A stretch of DNA of 24,000 nt from Metabacillus kandeliae (lineage in GTDB: Bacteria; Bacillota; Bacilli; Bacillales; Bacillaceae), in NCBI RefSeq assembly GCF_021166585.1, contig NZ_JAJOZE010000001.1:1195304-1219303 (forward strand), read 5' to 3'. The notes under the pieces were generated by a model that ran no database searches, was not told where the DNA came from, and saw nothing but the letters and a program-made list of their open reading frames with translations. Position numbers and translations under genes: made by a program. Shown here piece by piece: positions 1 to 8,042 of this stretch. Positions within the stretch are counted from its first letter, which is position 1, and the number at the start of each line of letters is the position of its first letter.

Positions 1-131
1 GTTCTGTCTCTTTTATTGCCCATTATTTAAATGAACAAACAGTTATTTATTCAGTAAAGGTTAATTTTCCTTTGAAAGCGGTTAAGGTAAATGTTTTCGG
101 ATAATAAATCATTGCCTCTTCAGCTGCTCAC

Positions 132-162
132 AAAAAAGGAAATAAAGCTGTTCGGCATTTCC
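132..162 (-). terminator. Weak hairpin plus T-run downstream of dprA; possible terminator
   Basis: The minus strand reads GGAAAT, a 13-nt loop, ATTTCC, then TTTTTT. The stem is only 6 bp and AT-rich. Confidence 0.3.
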
Positions 163-190
163 GGCTGTTTCTGTTGTTAAATCTCCACTA

Positions 191-219
191 TTATTAAATA
201 TCTAAACATCATTTGTCAA
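191..219 (-). promoter_or_regulatory. Putative sigma-A-type promoter overlapping the dprA stop codon
   Basis: Minus strand: TTGACA (219-214), 17-nt spacer, TAATAA (196-191). Confidence 0.35.
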
Positions 220-1139
220 ACAGTAAATTGCCTGAAGCTGCCTTTCTTCTCCAAAAAGGGAAATTCATCATCCACATCAGATGCTTTCATAACGAGCTTT
301 GCACCGTCCTGTATGAGCTTGTTAACCCCTTTAGATTGCTCAAGATGAATCGGTCCGGGAACGGCGAAAACTTCTCTTCCCTCCTCAAGAGCCTGATGAG
401 CAGTAATGAGCGACCCGCTGGAAAGCTTGGCCTGAATAACAAGAGTGCCGTAAGAAAGTCCAGCTATAATACGGTTTCTGGCAGGAAAGTGCCATCTTTC
501 CGGCGCTGTTTCAGGGGCGTACTCTGATAAGAGAAGATGCTCTTTCATCATCGATTTGGCAAGCTTCCTGCTTGATGCAGGATATAAATGCCAAAAGCCT
601 CCTCCAATAACGCCGATCCCCCTTCCTCCAGTGCCAATTGCAAGCTCATGGGCCATGGCATCAATTCCTTTGGCAAGGCCGCTTACAATCACCCATCCTG
701 ACTCTGTGAGAGCCGGAACAAGCAGTTCTGCCGCTTTCCTACCTTCTTCAGTCGGAACCCTTGTGCCAACAATGCTGATTTTCTTCCGGCAGCTCAGTAA
801 TTCTCTTTTCCCTGCCCCATATAACACAGGAGGGCAGTGGTAGATCTTCTTCAGCAAAGAAGGATAATCAGGATCAGCCAAAGTGACAGCAAAAATTCCT
901 TTTTGCTCGTATTCTGAAAAGCATGCATCAATATTTTCTGAATGCAGGTCATTTAAAAAGGAAGGAATTTGTTTTTTATTTAAAATGCGGTTGAAGAAAA
1001 GATCATTTTCCTTCAGGGAAAAGAGAGATTGGAGAAGAGGATCAAGGAGTAAGAGGGAGTGAATGGATTTGGCTGTCATTCCTCTGCACCTGGAGAGGCG
1101 GAGCAGAGATTGCCTGAAGGTTTTCAATACAGTGTTCAT
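216..1139 (-). CDS. dprA: DNA-processing protein DprA/Smf
   Basis: 307-aa ORF with DprA core motifs (ISIVGTR, SGLAKGIDAMAHE, GVIGGG, RNRIIAGLS, SGSLITA, EGREVFAVPG). It lies directly downstream of sucCD, as smf does in B. subtilis. Confidence 0.9.
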   Translation of the reverse strand: MNTVLKTFRQSLLRLSRCRGMTAKSIHSLLLLDPLLQSLFSLKENDLFFNRILNKKQIPSFLNDLHSENIDACFSEYEQKGIFAVTLADPDYPSLLKKIYHCPPVLYGAGKRELLSCRKKISIVGTRVPTEEGRKAAELLVPALTESGWVIVSGLAKGIDAMAHELAIGTGGRGIGVIGGGFWHLYPASSRKLAKSMMKEHLLLSEYAPETAPERWHFPARNRIIAGLSYGTLVIQAKLSSGSLITAHQALEEGREVFAVPGPIHLEQSKGVNKLIQDGAKLVMKASDVDDEFPFLEKKGSFRQFTV

Positions 1140-1175
1140 TCCTTTCTAAGTCAGGGGTTTTAAAATAAGAGGGAT

Positions 1176-1209
1176 AAAAGAAGGAAAGGAACGGGTATAG
1201 ACCCGTCCC
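1176..1209 (-). terminator. Rho-independent terminator after sucD
   Basis: Minus strand: GGGACGGGT-ctat-ACCCGTTCC, a 9-bp stem with one G-U, followed by TTTCCTTCTTTT. The non-Watson-Crick pair is a wobble only on the minus strand. Confidence 0.7.
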
Positions 1210-1219
1210 TTCTATTATA

Positions 1220-2122
1220 TTAGTGCGTTTTGCATTTATCGTAGATACCTTGTTCCTTCAATACAGAGATAAGTGTTTCTCCCATAACTGATGGAGTTTC
1301 TGCTACTTTAATGCCGCACTCGTTCATTGTTTTAATTTTTTCAGCAGCTGTGCCTTTTCCGCCGGAAATAATCGCGCCTGCATGACCCATGCGCTTTCCT
1401 GGAGGTGCAGTTTGCCCTCCGATAAAGCCTACAACAGGCTTTGTCATGTTGTCACGCACCCATTGTGCTGCTTCTTCTTCAGCTGTACCGCCGATTTCAC
1501 CGATCATAATGACCGCATACGTGTCAGGATCTTCATTAAACGCTTTTAGAACATCAATGAAGTTCGTTCCGTTTACAGGGTCTCCGCCGATTCCGACAGC
1601 TGTAGACTGGCCGACTCCTGACTGTGAAAGCTGATGAACGGCTTCATATGTAAGCGTTCCGGATCGGGAAACAACGCCAACATGGCCTTTTGTATGAATG
1701 TAGCCCGGCATGATGCCGATTTTGCACTCATCAGGCGTAATAACGCCAGGACAGTTCGGTCCTACGAGCCTTGTTTTCTTGCCTTCCATGAAACGCTTAA
1801 CTTTTACCATATCCAGTACTGGAATATGCTCTGTAATGCAAATGACAAGGTCCAGTTCCGCATCAACTGCTTCAATGATCGCATCAGCAGCAAACGGAGC
1901 AGGAACATAAATGACAGATGCTGTAGCACCAGTAGTTTTGACAGCTTCCTGTACTGTATTGAATACAGGAACGCCTTCCACCTCTGTACCGCCTTTGCCC
2001 GGAGTAGTTCCTCCCACAATTTTCGTGCCGTATTCAAGCATTTGCTTTGTGTGGAACAAAGCAGTAGAACCAGTAATACCCTGTACCAATACTTTTGTAT
2101 CTTTGTTAATAAATACGCTCAT
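1220..2122 (-). CDS. sucD: Succinyl-CoA synthetase alpha subunit
   Basis: 300 aa. N-terminus [18 protein letters not shown], catalytic-His region [12 protein letters not shown]. An AGGGGA RBS sits 5 nt upstream. Confidence 0.97.
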   Translation of the reverse strand: MSVFINKDTKVLVQGITGSTALFHTKQMLEYGTKIVGGTTPGKGGTEVEGVPVFNTVQEAVKTTGATASVIYVPAPFAADAIIEAVDAELDLVICITEHIPVLDMVKVKRFMEGKKTRLVGPNCPGVITPDECKIGIMPGYIHTKGHVGVVSRSGTLTYEAVHQLSQSGVGQSTAVGIGGDPVNGTNFIDVLKAFNEDPDTYAVIMIGEIGGTAEEEAAQWVRDNMTKPVVGFIGGQTAPPGKRMGHAGAIISGGKGTAAEKIKTMNECGIKVAETPSVMGETLISVLKEQGIYDKCKTH

Positions 2123-2140
2123 TTGTGTCCCCTGCCTTTC

Positions 2141-3301
2141 TTACTTCACTAAAGAAACGATTTTTTCAGCACCGTCAGCCATTGATTCAGCGGACGTGAT
2201 GTTCAAACCGGATTCGTTAAGAATTTTTTTGCCGAGCTCCACATTTGTCCCTTCCAAGCGGACAACAAGCGGGATTTCAAGACCAACCTGTTTTGTTGCT
2301 TCTACTACACCAGATGCAATGATATCGCACTTCATGATTCCGCCGAAAATATTAACGAAAATTCCTTTAACATTTTGGTCGGAAAGAATGATTTTGAAAG
2401 CTTCTGTTACTTTCTCTGCTGTAGCGCCGCCCCCAACATCAAGGAAGTTGGCCGGATCTCCGCCGTAAAATTTAATGATATCCATCGTTGCCATAGCAAG
2501 GCCGGCACCATTAACCATACAGCCGATATTTCCATCAAGGGAAATGTAGCTCAAGTCATATTTGGACGCTTCAATTTCTTTAGCATCCTCTTCTTCAAGA
2601 TCGCGGTACTCCAAAACGTCTTTTTGGCGGTACAGCGCGTTTGCATCAAAGTTTAATTTCGCATCAAGAGCCATTACTTTGCCGTCGCCAGTAACAACGA
2701 GCGGATTAATTTCAGCGATAGAGCAGTCTTTTTCAATAAATGCCGTGTAAAGGCTCAGCATGAATTTCGCAGCCTGTCCGATCAGTTCGCGCGGAATGTT
2801 AATGTTAAATGCAATTCTTCTGGCTTGATACGGCTGCAGTCCGATCGCCGGATCAATATTTTCGCGGAAGATTTTTTCAGGTGTTTTCTCCGCAACTTCT
2901 TCAATTTCTGTACCGCCTTCTTCAGATGCCATTAAAACAACACTTGAAGTAGCACGGTCTAAAACTAGGCCAATATAATATTCTTTTTTAATATCGCATC
3001 CTTCTTCAACAAGAAGACGCTTTACTTCCTTGCCCTCAGGGCCTGTCTGGTGGGTGATGAGTGTTTTGCCTAAAATCTCTTCGGCATATGTACGCACATC
3101 ATCAAGATTTTTTGCTACTTTTACCCCGCCGGCTTTGCCGCGTCCGCCTGCATGGATCTGCGCTTTAACAACGGTTACGCTTGTGCCGAGCGATTTTGCT
3201 GCCTCAACAGCTTCATCTACTGTAAAAGCCACTTTACCATTTGGTACAGCAACCCCGTATTTTCTGAGGATTTCTTTCCCCTGGTACTCATGGATATTCA
3301 T
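2141..3301 (-). CDS. sucC: Succinyl-CoA synthetase beta subunit (ATP-grasp)
   Basis: Starts [17 protein letters not shown]. The ATG at 3301 is preceded by TAGGAGGA with a 6-7 nt spacer. The track start at 3349 adds 16 non-conserved residues and has no RBS. Confidence 0.97.
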   Translation of the reverse strand: MNIHEYQGKEILRKYGVAVPNGKVAFTVDEAVEAAKSLGTSVTVVKAQIHAGGRGKAGGVKVAKNLDDVRTYAEEILGKTLITHQTGPEGKEVKRLLVEEGCDIKKEYYIGLVLDRATSSVVLMASEEGGTEIEEVAEKTPEKIFRENIDPAIGLQPYQARRIAFNINIPRELIGQAAKFMLSLYTAFIEKDCSIAEINPLVVTGDGKVMALDAKLNFDANALYRQKDVLEYRDLEEEDAKEIEASKYDLSYISLDGNIGCMVNGAGLAMATMDIIKFYGGDPANFLDVGGGATAEKVTEAFKIILSDQNVKGIFVNIFGGIMKCDIIASGVVEATKQVGLEIPLVVRLEGTNVELGKKILNESGLNITSAESMADGAEKIVSLVK

Positions 3302-3482
3302 TTCCCATCCTCCTAACCTATGTATCGGAAAATTAGACTGCGCTTTCATTTTATAGAATAGTTGATTCCTTGTCTAGCATTCCGCAAAAAATAGTAAAAT
3401 GCTTCTAAGTATTCTCAATTTTCAAAGAAGATCATTTTATTGCGAACATAAAATCTGAACAATATGGAGCCCGCCATTTTCT

Positions 3483-3743
3483 TCACGGCAGGCTGTTTTC
3501 CATTTTATAAATAAACGCAAATATTTCCGCTACAGCCTGATACAGCTCTTCCGGAATTTCCTCTTGTATTTCGAGCTTTTCCAGCAGGGTGACAAGCGAA
3601 GGATCTTCCTGAACCGGCACAGCATGCTCCATGGCCTTTTCAATAATCGCTTCTGCTACAAGCCCTGATCCTTTGGCAGCCACTGCCGGCGCTTTGTCCC
3701 TGCCTTCTGCATATTTCAGCGCCACTGCTTTTTTTAGGTTCAT
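3483..3743 (-). CDS. ylqH: Stand-alone FlhB C-terminal (FlhB-CC / EscU-YscU-like) domain protein
   Basis: 86 aa. AVALKYAEGRDKAPAVAAKGSGLVAEAI...VPV.ED..L...L......IPEELYQAVAEIFAFIY matches my recollection of the Salmonella FlhB segment after the NPTH cleavage site (YAVALQY..APKVVAKG..LA..IR..A....VP....P.LAR.LY....IP..LY.AVAEVLA). Its start overlaps the ylqG stop (ATGA). Confidence 0.85.
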   Translation of the reverse strand: MNLKKAVALKYAEGRDKAPAVAAKGSGLVAEAIIEKAMEHAVPVQEDPSLVTLLEKLEIQEEIPEELYQAVAEIFAFIYKMENSLP

Positions 3744-5281
3744 ATTTTCAAATCCACTCCTTTATGCAGGGATGCTTCTGCTGCTTCAGAAACAGCGCTT
3801 TGAAACGTTTTGACAGCAGAACCGGAAACTATTTTTACATAGGACAGGGAAAGCCCCAGGCTTGTTAAATGCTGTTTCAGTTCATCTGCAAGGACCGCAG
3901 AAACCCGGTCCAGACCAGGCGTATCATTGTGGACGCTGATGGATATAACCTTATTGACAATGGCAATATCTACAGCTGTTTCTTTTAATCTATCAAGCTC
4001 TGCGAAAAGAAGAATGCGGCAAAAAGCCGGATCAATTTTTCCGCCGGTCTTTTTTCTCATCTCCCATTTAACAGTAAGATCGCTTTTTAAAGCTGGATCC
4101 TGGATCGGAATCTGCAGCCATTGCGTCATCAGGGGTCCATTTTCCTGCTGAAGAATGGAGAATCCATTCAGCCTGTGGACAAGCTGATCGGCTTTGTCCT
4201 TTACATCCATGTTTTCCGATATTTTTGCAGCTTCTATCAGGAGCGGCTTCAATGCTCCGCTCTTAGCTGTTTCCGGCTGGATCCCATTTTTCAGCAGGTT
4301 CAGCATCATTGCCTCTTCTTTTCTTCCAAGCAAGCGGGATACATGTGTAAAAAGTTCTTTTACAAGTGTTCCGGACGCCAGGGAAGGCAGGGAAGAATCT
4401 CCCTTTTTTTCGTTTTGTCCGGCTGCTTCTGCCTGTACAGCAGCAGCTGGAAGCTTCACAGCATCTGAAGTGTTTCCTGCAGGCGGAGTGCGTTCGATAT
4501 TCCGGGTGACAGCCGCTTGAGTATTCTCCTGTTTTGGAGCAGCTCCAGGGGCTGCAGGCGCCTCTTGTTCGGCCTTTCTTCCGGCCGTGCTTTCCAATTG
4601 CACAAATTCCGAAGTACTCTTTCTATCGGAATTTTTCATAAAAGCAGCAGGAGTTAAAATTTCTTTAATAGCAGACCGGAGTCTCCCCTCTACATTGCTA
4701 TCGCCTTCACTGTTTGGCAAAGAATGATAGAGATCTGATAATTTTTTCAGCATCGGCTCTTCATCCATCGCTTCCAGCAGCGAACGGAACACGCCTTCCT
4801 CAGCAGGAAGCTGAAGCTTAAACCCCAATTCAACTGCTTTGAATGCATTCTCTCTTTTTTCAGACGGAAGCTTTAAAATCCATGCTGCAGCACTCTTTAC
4901 TTCGTCACTCCTGAGGGGCAGATTGTTTTTAAGAAGCCATTCTGCAATTCTTTCAGAAGAGGGGTTTTTCGGAACTTTCTCTGCGGCAAGTACAGCAGAT
5001 GCCAGTTCTTTATCAGAAGCCTCCCCAGTCAATTCCTTTATCACTTTATAAACAGGTGCTTCGCCCGGCCTTTGCTCTGCGATCTTCAGCAAATATTGAT
5101 GGTTAAGCTTCAGGGGAGATTCTACTTTCGCAGTCAGTGTCTCCTGTCCTATTTGAAGAAGAGCTGTTTGATCGGGGAACAGCTTCAGCACCTTTCCAGG
5201 CAATAGGCCTCCCTTTTCTGAAGGGGTCTGCACAGCCGCGTCTATTCTAATCGGCAGGCGCAAGCTCTCAATCCCATTCAT
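3740..5281 (-). CDS. ylqG: FliK-like (flagellar hook-length-control-like) protein of unknown function
   Basis: 513 aa. Central Ala/Pro/Gln/Glu-rich low-complexity linker (EQEAPAAPGAAPKQENTQAAV...AAAVQAEAAGQNEKK). The C-terminal segment AVDIAIVNKVISISVHNDTPGLDRVSAVLADELKQHLTSLGLSLSYVKIV fits the alternating pattern of the FliK C-terminal (Flg_hook) domain. Position between rnhB and ylqH matches B. subtilis ylqG. Confidence 0.7.
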   Translation of the reverse strand: MNGIESLRLPIRIDAAVQTPSEKGGLLPGKVLKLFPDQTALLQIGQETLTAKVESPLKLNHQYLLKIAEQRPGEAPVYKVIKELTGEASDKELASAVLAAEKVPKNPSSERIAEWLLKNNLPLRSDEVKSAAAWILKLPSEKRENAFKAVELGFKLQLPAEEGVFRSLLEAMDEEPMLKKLSDLYHSLPNSEGDSNVEGRLRSAIKEILTPAAFMKNSDRKSTSEFVQLESTAGRKAEQEAPAAPGAAPKQENTQAAVTRNIERTPPAGNTSDAVKLPAAAVQAEAAGQNEKKGDSSLPSLASGTLVKELFTHVSRLLGRKEEAMMLNLLKNGIQPETAKSGALKPLLIEAAKISENMDVKDKADQLVHRLNGFSILQQENGPLMTQWLQIPIQDPALKSDLTVKWEMRKKTGGKIDPAFCRILLFAELDRLKETAVDIAIVNKVISISVHNDTPGLDRVSAVLADELKQHLTSLGLSLSYVKIVSGSAVKTFQSAVSEAAEASLHKGVDLKI

Positions 5282-5289
5282 CGTGTCAT

Positions 5290-6075
5290 TTAAGCCTCCT
5301 TTTCCTCTGCATACAGCCTGACTGGAGCAAAGCTTCTCCTGTGATGGACAGTAATCCCGTACTGGGCAATGGCAGACAGATGTTCTTTCGTTCCGTAACC
5401 CATATGATTCTGGAAGCCATACTCGGGGTATTTCATCGCGATTTCCTCCATTAGGCGGTCCCGTGTTACCTTTGCCAGTACTGAGGCAGCAGCAATGGAT
5501 ATGCTTCTTGCATCACCTTTTATTAATGATTCCTGCTTCATTTCAGCCGGAAGCTCCATGGCATCTATCAAAAGCATATCCGGCTCCTTATTCAAATGGC
5601 GCACTGCCTGCATCATTGCGCTTTTGGCAGCCTGATAAATATTGATTTCATCGATTTCTCTCTCAGAAACCACACCAATGCCGTATGCTTCTGCTTCCCG
5701 GACAATGATGTCATAAAATTGCTCTCTTTTAGCTTTTGCGAGCTGTTTTGAATCTGTCAGTCCAAAGAGGACAAAATCTTTCGGCAGAATGACAGCAGCT
5801 GCAACAACTGGGCCTGCAATCGGTCCCCTTCCCGCTTCATCAATGCCTGCAATATGCAGGAACCCTTTTTCTCTCGCTTCTTTTTCAAAAACAGACATCT
5901 GTTCAAACTGCTGCTTCCATTTTTGCTCCTGCTTATGCAGCCTGATCCAGCCCTTTGCAAGCTGCTGAACAGCCTTCCGTTCGTCCTTCAGGCAATCCTG
6001 AATAAGAGGATCGCTTATTGAAGAAACATTTTTTAATAATTCTTTCAGTTCTTTGGCTGTTGCCCTGTTTTTCAT
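5290..6075 (-). CDS. rnhB: Ribonuclease HII
   Basis: 261 aa with RNase HII motifs (IAGIDEAGRGPIAGPVVAAAV, DSKQL, IDAMELP, GDARSISIAAASVLAKV). Confidence 0.95.
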   Translation of the reverse strand: MKNRATAKELKELLKNVSSISDPLIQDCLKDERKAVQQLAKGWIRLHKQEQKWKQQFEQMSVFEKEAREKGFLHIAGIDEAGRGPIAGPVVAAAVILPKDFVLFGLTDSKQLAKAKREQFYDIIVREAEAYGIGVVSEREIDEINIYQAAKSAMMQAVRHLNKEPDMLLIDAMELPAEMKQESLIKGDARSISIAAASVLAKVTRDRLMEEIAMKYPEYGFQNHMGYGTKEHLSAIAQYGITVHHRRSFAPVRLYAEEKEA

Positions 6076-6133
6076 GTATTCTACCTACTTTATCGTCAAT
6101 TTCATATGTTTTCTGAAGAGCTCTATTTTAAAG

Positions 6134-6162
6134 CATATATGTATCTATTGCTATTATGTCAA
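6134..6162 (-). promoter_or_regulatory. Putative sigma-A promoter for rnhB-ylqG-ylqH
   Basis: Minus strand: TTGACA (6162-6157), 17 nt, TATATG (6139-6134), about 60 nt upstream of the rnhB ATG. Confidence 0.4.
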
Positions 6163-6219
6163 GATCAGGCAAGGTGAATAAATCCGTGTTAGGTTTAATG
6201 GCTCTCATAAATTTGGCTG

Positions 6220-6346
6220 TTGATTTCCGTTGCAGGCGTCCGCTTTCCGCGGGGCGGGCGGTGAGCCTCCTCTGCGCTTAAGCGCATGCGGGGTCTCACC
6301 TGTCCCGCTGCTCCCGCAGGAGTCTCCCGCCTGGAACGTAGATCAA
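6220..6346. repeat. Family B: 127-bp GC-rich imperfect long-hairpin (palindromic) intergenic element
   Basis: Terminal arms TTGATTTCCGTT / AACGTAGATCAA. Inner pairings CAGGCG/CGCCTG, GCGGGG/TCCCGC, GGTGAGCCTCC/GGGGTCTCACC. Apex is the 14-bp perfect palindrome TGCGCTTAAGCGCA (6273-6286). Its 25-nt left terminus recurs at 18964 and, inverted, at 22428. Confidence 0.75.
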
Positions 6347-6444
6347 TGCATAATAATCAACATTCTTCTTTAATATAGGTTTTTTAAAAGAATGACTACC
6401 AGCTGTCCACTGCAGAAGCAGTTCAGTCAGAAGTCCCACCCACC

Positions 6445-6470
6445 AAAAAAGGCGTCTCAAAAGAGACACC
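6445..6470 (-). terminator. Rho-independent terminator after rbgA
   Basis: Minus strand: GGTGTCTC-tttt-GAGACGCC, 8 bp with one G-U, followed by TTTTTT. It lies about 50 nt after the rbgA stop. Confidence 0.75.
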
Positions 6471-6521
6471 TTCATACATTATTCAAAGCCTTCCCGGCTA
6501 AAGGTTTACTGCCCTGCAGCA

Positions 6522-7385
6522 TTATATCTCTGCAGAAACAGGCTCCGGAGCTTCAAATGTCAGCGGTCCAAGTTTAACCGTGCGCATCTCACGAAGAATC
6601 AGCTCAGCTGTTTTATCGTAGTCAATATAGCCGCCAGACATCATGCAGCCCCTTCTCTTGCCGATTTCGTCAAAAAGCAGGACAATATCCTCCGGGATTT
6701 CTTCAAGCCCGTAGCGGTCCTTGAGACGCTCTGGGTAGTGCTCCTTTAAAAAGCGGAGAGCAAAAACGGTAATATCCTGGAGATTCAGAATGGTGTCCTT
6801 TATCGCTCCTGTTGCAGCGAGCTTATATCCGACCATTTCGTCCTCGAATTTAGGCCACAGTATTCCCGGTGTATCCAGTAGCTCCATTTCTTTCCCTACC
6901 TTCACCCATTGCTGGGCTTTTGTTACACCAGGCCTGTCTCCTGTCTGGGCAATGTTCTTTTTCGCAAGCCTGTTAATCAGCGTTGATTTTCCAACATTCG
7001 GGATTCCGATAATAAGAGCGCGCACAGCTCTTGGACGGATCCCTTTTGCTGCCATTTTATCAAACTTTTCTTTCAGAATCAGCTTGCAGGCCGGGAGAAT
7101 ATCCTTTATGCCTGTACCTGATTGCGAATCAATCGGAAGAGCGGTAATGCCTTTGTTTTTAAAGTATTTCATCCACTCTTTTGTTACAGTCTTGTCTGCC
7201 ATATCTGCTTTATTTAATAGAACAAGCCGCGGCTTGTTATTTACTATTTCATCAATCATCGGGTTTCTTGACGAAAGCGGCACTCTTGCATCTACCAATT
7301 CCAGAACAATATCTATCAGCTTCAGTTTTTCCGTAACCTGTCTTCTCGCTTTGGCCATATGGCCCGGAAACCATTGAATGGTCAC
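6522..7385 (-). CDS. rbgA: Ribosome biogenesis GTPase A (YlqF)
   Basis: Circularly permuted GTPase (LNKADM ... [14 protein letters not shown] ... [10 protein letters not shown]). A GTG at 7385 gives [13 protein letters not shown], the B. subtilis N-terminus as I recall it, with GAAGGTG 6 nt upstream. The track start (GTG at 7394) lies inside that RBS. Confidence 0.93.
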   Translation of the reverse strand: MTIQWFPGHMAKARRQVTEKLKLIDIVLELVDARVPLSSRNPMIDEIVNNKPRLVLLNKADMADKTVTKEWMKYFKNKGITALPIDSQSGTGIKDILPACKLILKEKFDKMAAKGIRPRAVRALIIGIPNVGKSTLINRLAKKNIAQTGDRPGVTKAQQWVKVGKEMELLDTPGILWPKFEDEMVGYKLAATGAIKDTILNLQDITVFALRFLKEHYPERLKDRYGLEEIPEDIVLLFDEIGKRRGCMMSGGYIDYDKTAELILREMRTVKLGPLTFEAPEPVSAEI

Positions 7386-7486
7386 AGTCAACACCTTCTT
7401 TCTGCTGCCGATCCCGGCTTTTTTCTTAATCTTTATTATTTCTCATTTCTTATGACAAAAACTAAGAAAAGAGCCTGAATAGACGT

Positions 7487-7518
7487 ATAAAAAAGAGCTT
7501 GTTATGATAACAAGCTCT
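7487..7518 (-). terminator. Rho-independent (bidirectional-looking) terminator after rplS
   Basis: AGAGCTTGTT-atgat-AACAAGCTCT, a perfect 10-bp stem. The minus strand follows with TTTTTTAT; the plus strand follows with TTCTTGCTTTT. Confidence 0.75.
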
Positions 7519-7527
7519 TTCTTGCTT

Positions 7528-7872
7528 TTATCGGATTTCTTTAATACGTGCTTTTTTACCGCGCAGCTCACGCAAGTAGTAAAGCTTCGCACGGCGTACT
7601 TTACCGCGGCGAATTACTTCAAGCTTCGCAATTTTCGGTGTATGCACTGGGAATGCACGCTCAACTCCAACTCCGTAAGAAACTTTACGGACTGTGAATG
7701 TTTCGCTGATTCCACCGCCACGACGCTTAATCACAACACCTTCGTATACCTGTACACGTTCGCGTGTTCCCTCAACAACTTTAACGTGAACACGGACAGT
7801 ATCACCAGGACGGAAAGTAGGAAGATCGCTTCTTAGCTGTTCTTTTGTGATATCTTCGATTAATTTTTGCAT
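7528..7872 (-). CDS. rplS: 50S ribosomal protein L19
   Basis: Starts [18 protein letters not shown] at the ATG at 7872, with an AAGGAG RBS upstream. The track start at 7902 is an upstream in-frame extension. Confidence 0.97.
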   Translation of the reverse strand: MQKLIEDITKEQLRSDLPTFRPGDTVRVHVKVVEGTRERVQVYEGVVIKRRGGGISETFTVRKVSYGVGVERAFPVHTPKIAKLEVIRRGKVRRAKLYYLRELRGKKARIKEIR

Positions 7873-7990
7873 CGTTTTCAACTCCTTCCAACAGATGCTC
7901 ATTACATTACTTTACATTCATGCAGCGGAACATCTTTTTAAAAGATTTGCACTGGATTTAAACCCATACTGCAAACCACAAGAGACATCA
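7873..7990 (-). promoter_or_regulatory. Probable rplS 5' leader (L19 leader-type autoregulatory RNA)
   Basis: About 120-nt 5' UTR between a candidate promoter and the rplS RBS. It has small stems (TTGCA..TGCAA, ATCTTT..AAAGAT). An L19 leader motif is described upstream of rplS in Bacilli. No covariance-model check was possible. Confidence 0.4.
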
Positions 7991-7996
7991 TACCAT

Positions 7997-8025
7997 ATCA
8001 TAATGCCGGCTGCAATAGAGGACAA
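7997..8025 (-). promoter_or_regulatory. Putative internal promoter upstream of rplS
   Basis: Minus strand: TTGTCC (8025-8020), 17 nt, TATGAT (8002-7997), just downstream of the trmD stop. Confidence 0.4.
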
Positions 8026-8042
8026 GCTATCTTTTCAACTAT

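Noticed and set aside
1-23. Possible minus-strand gene start (ATGGGCAATAAAAGAGAC...) running off the left edge
   Set aside because: There is no Shine-Dalgarno sequence upstream. The peptide does not resemble the expected downstream neighbour (TopA begins M..YLVIVESPAKAK in Bacilli as I recall). Only 7 codons are visible.
3302-3349. N-terminal extensions given by the ORF track for sucC. The same applies to rplS (7873-7902), rimM (9305-9313), ylqD (9696-9719), rbgA (7386-7394), rnc (18560-18574) and smc (17584-17586).
   Set aside because: In each case a downstream start has a properly spaced Shine-Dalgarno sequence and reproduces the conserved N-terminus. The upstream start lacks an RBS or lies inside the RBS itself.
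3302-3482. sucC promoter call
   Set aside because: Several partial matches exist (TAGACA-15 nt-TATAAA; TTGAGA-19 nt-TATTTT). None has acceptable spacing together with acceptable hexamers, so no feature is reported.
6220-6346. Insertion sequence or MITE with transposase, for families A and B
   Set aside because: No transposase ORF is present in the window. I could not identify target-site duplications at any copy boundary. A non-autonomous MITE-like origin remains possible, so I report these as unclassified palindromic repeats rather than mobile elements.
6392-6577. Plus-strand 61-aa ORF in the rbgA-rnhB spacer
   Set aside because: It has no RBS. It runs through the rbgA terminator hairpin and into the 3' end of rbgA on the opposite strand. 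Its composition is not protein-like.
6790-7377. Long antisense ORFs inside real genes (for example 6790-7377, 1634-2152, 1911-2468, 11035-11523, 556-843, 16870-17232)
   Set aside because: These are shadow ORFs opposite strongly conserved minus-strand genes (rbgA, sucD/sucC, ffh, dprA, smc). They have no RBS and no recognisable domains, and their amino-acid composition is skewed.
7407-7424. GCCG-atcc-CGGC followed by T6 on the plus strand, as a terminator
   Set aside because: The stem is only 4 bp. There is no plus-strand gene to terminate. On the minus strand the T-run precedes the stem rather than following it. It may at most dampen antisense transcription.
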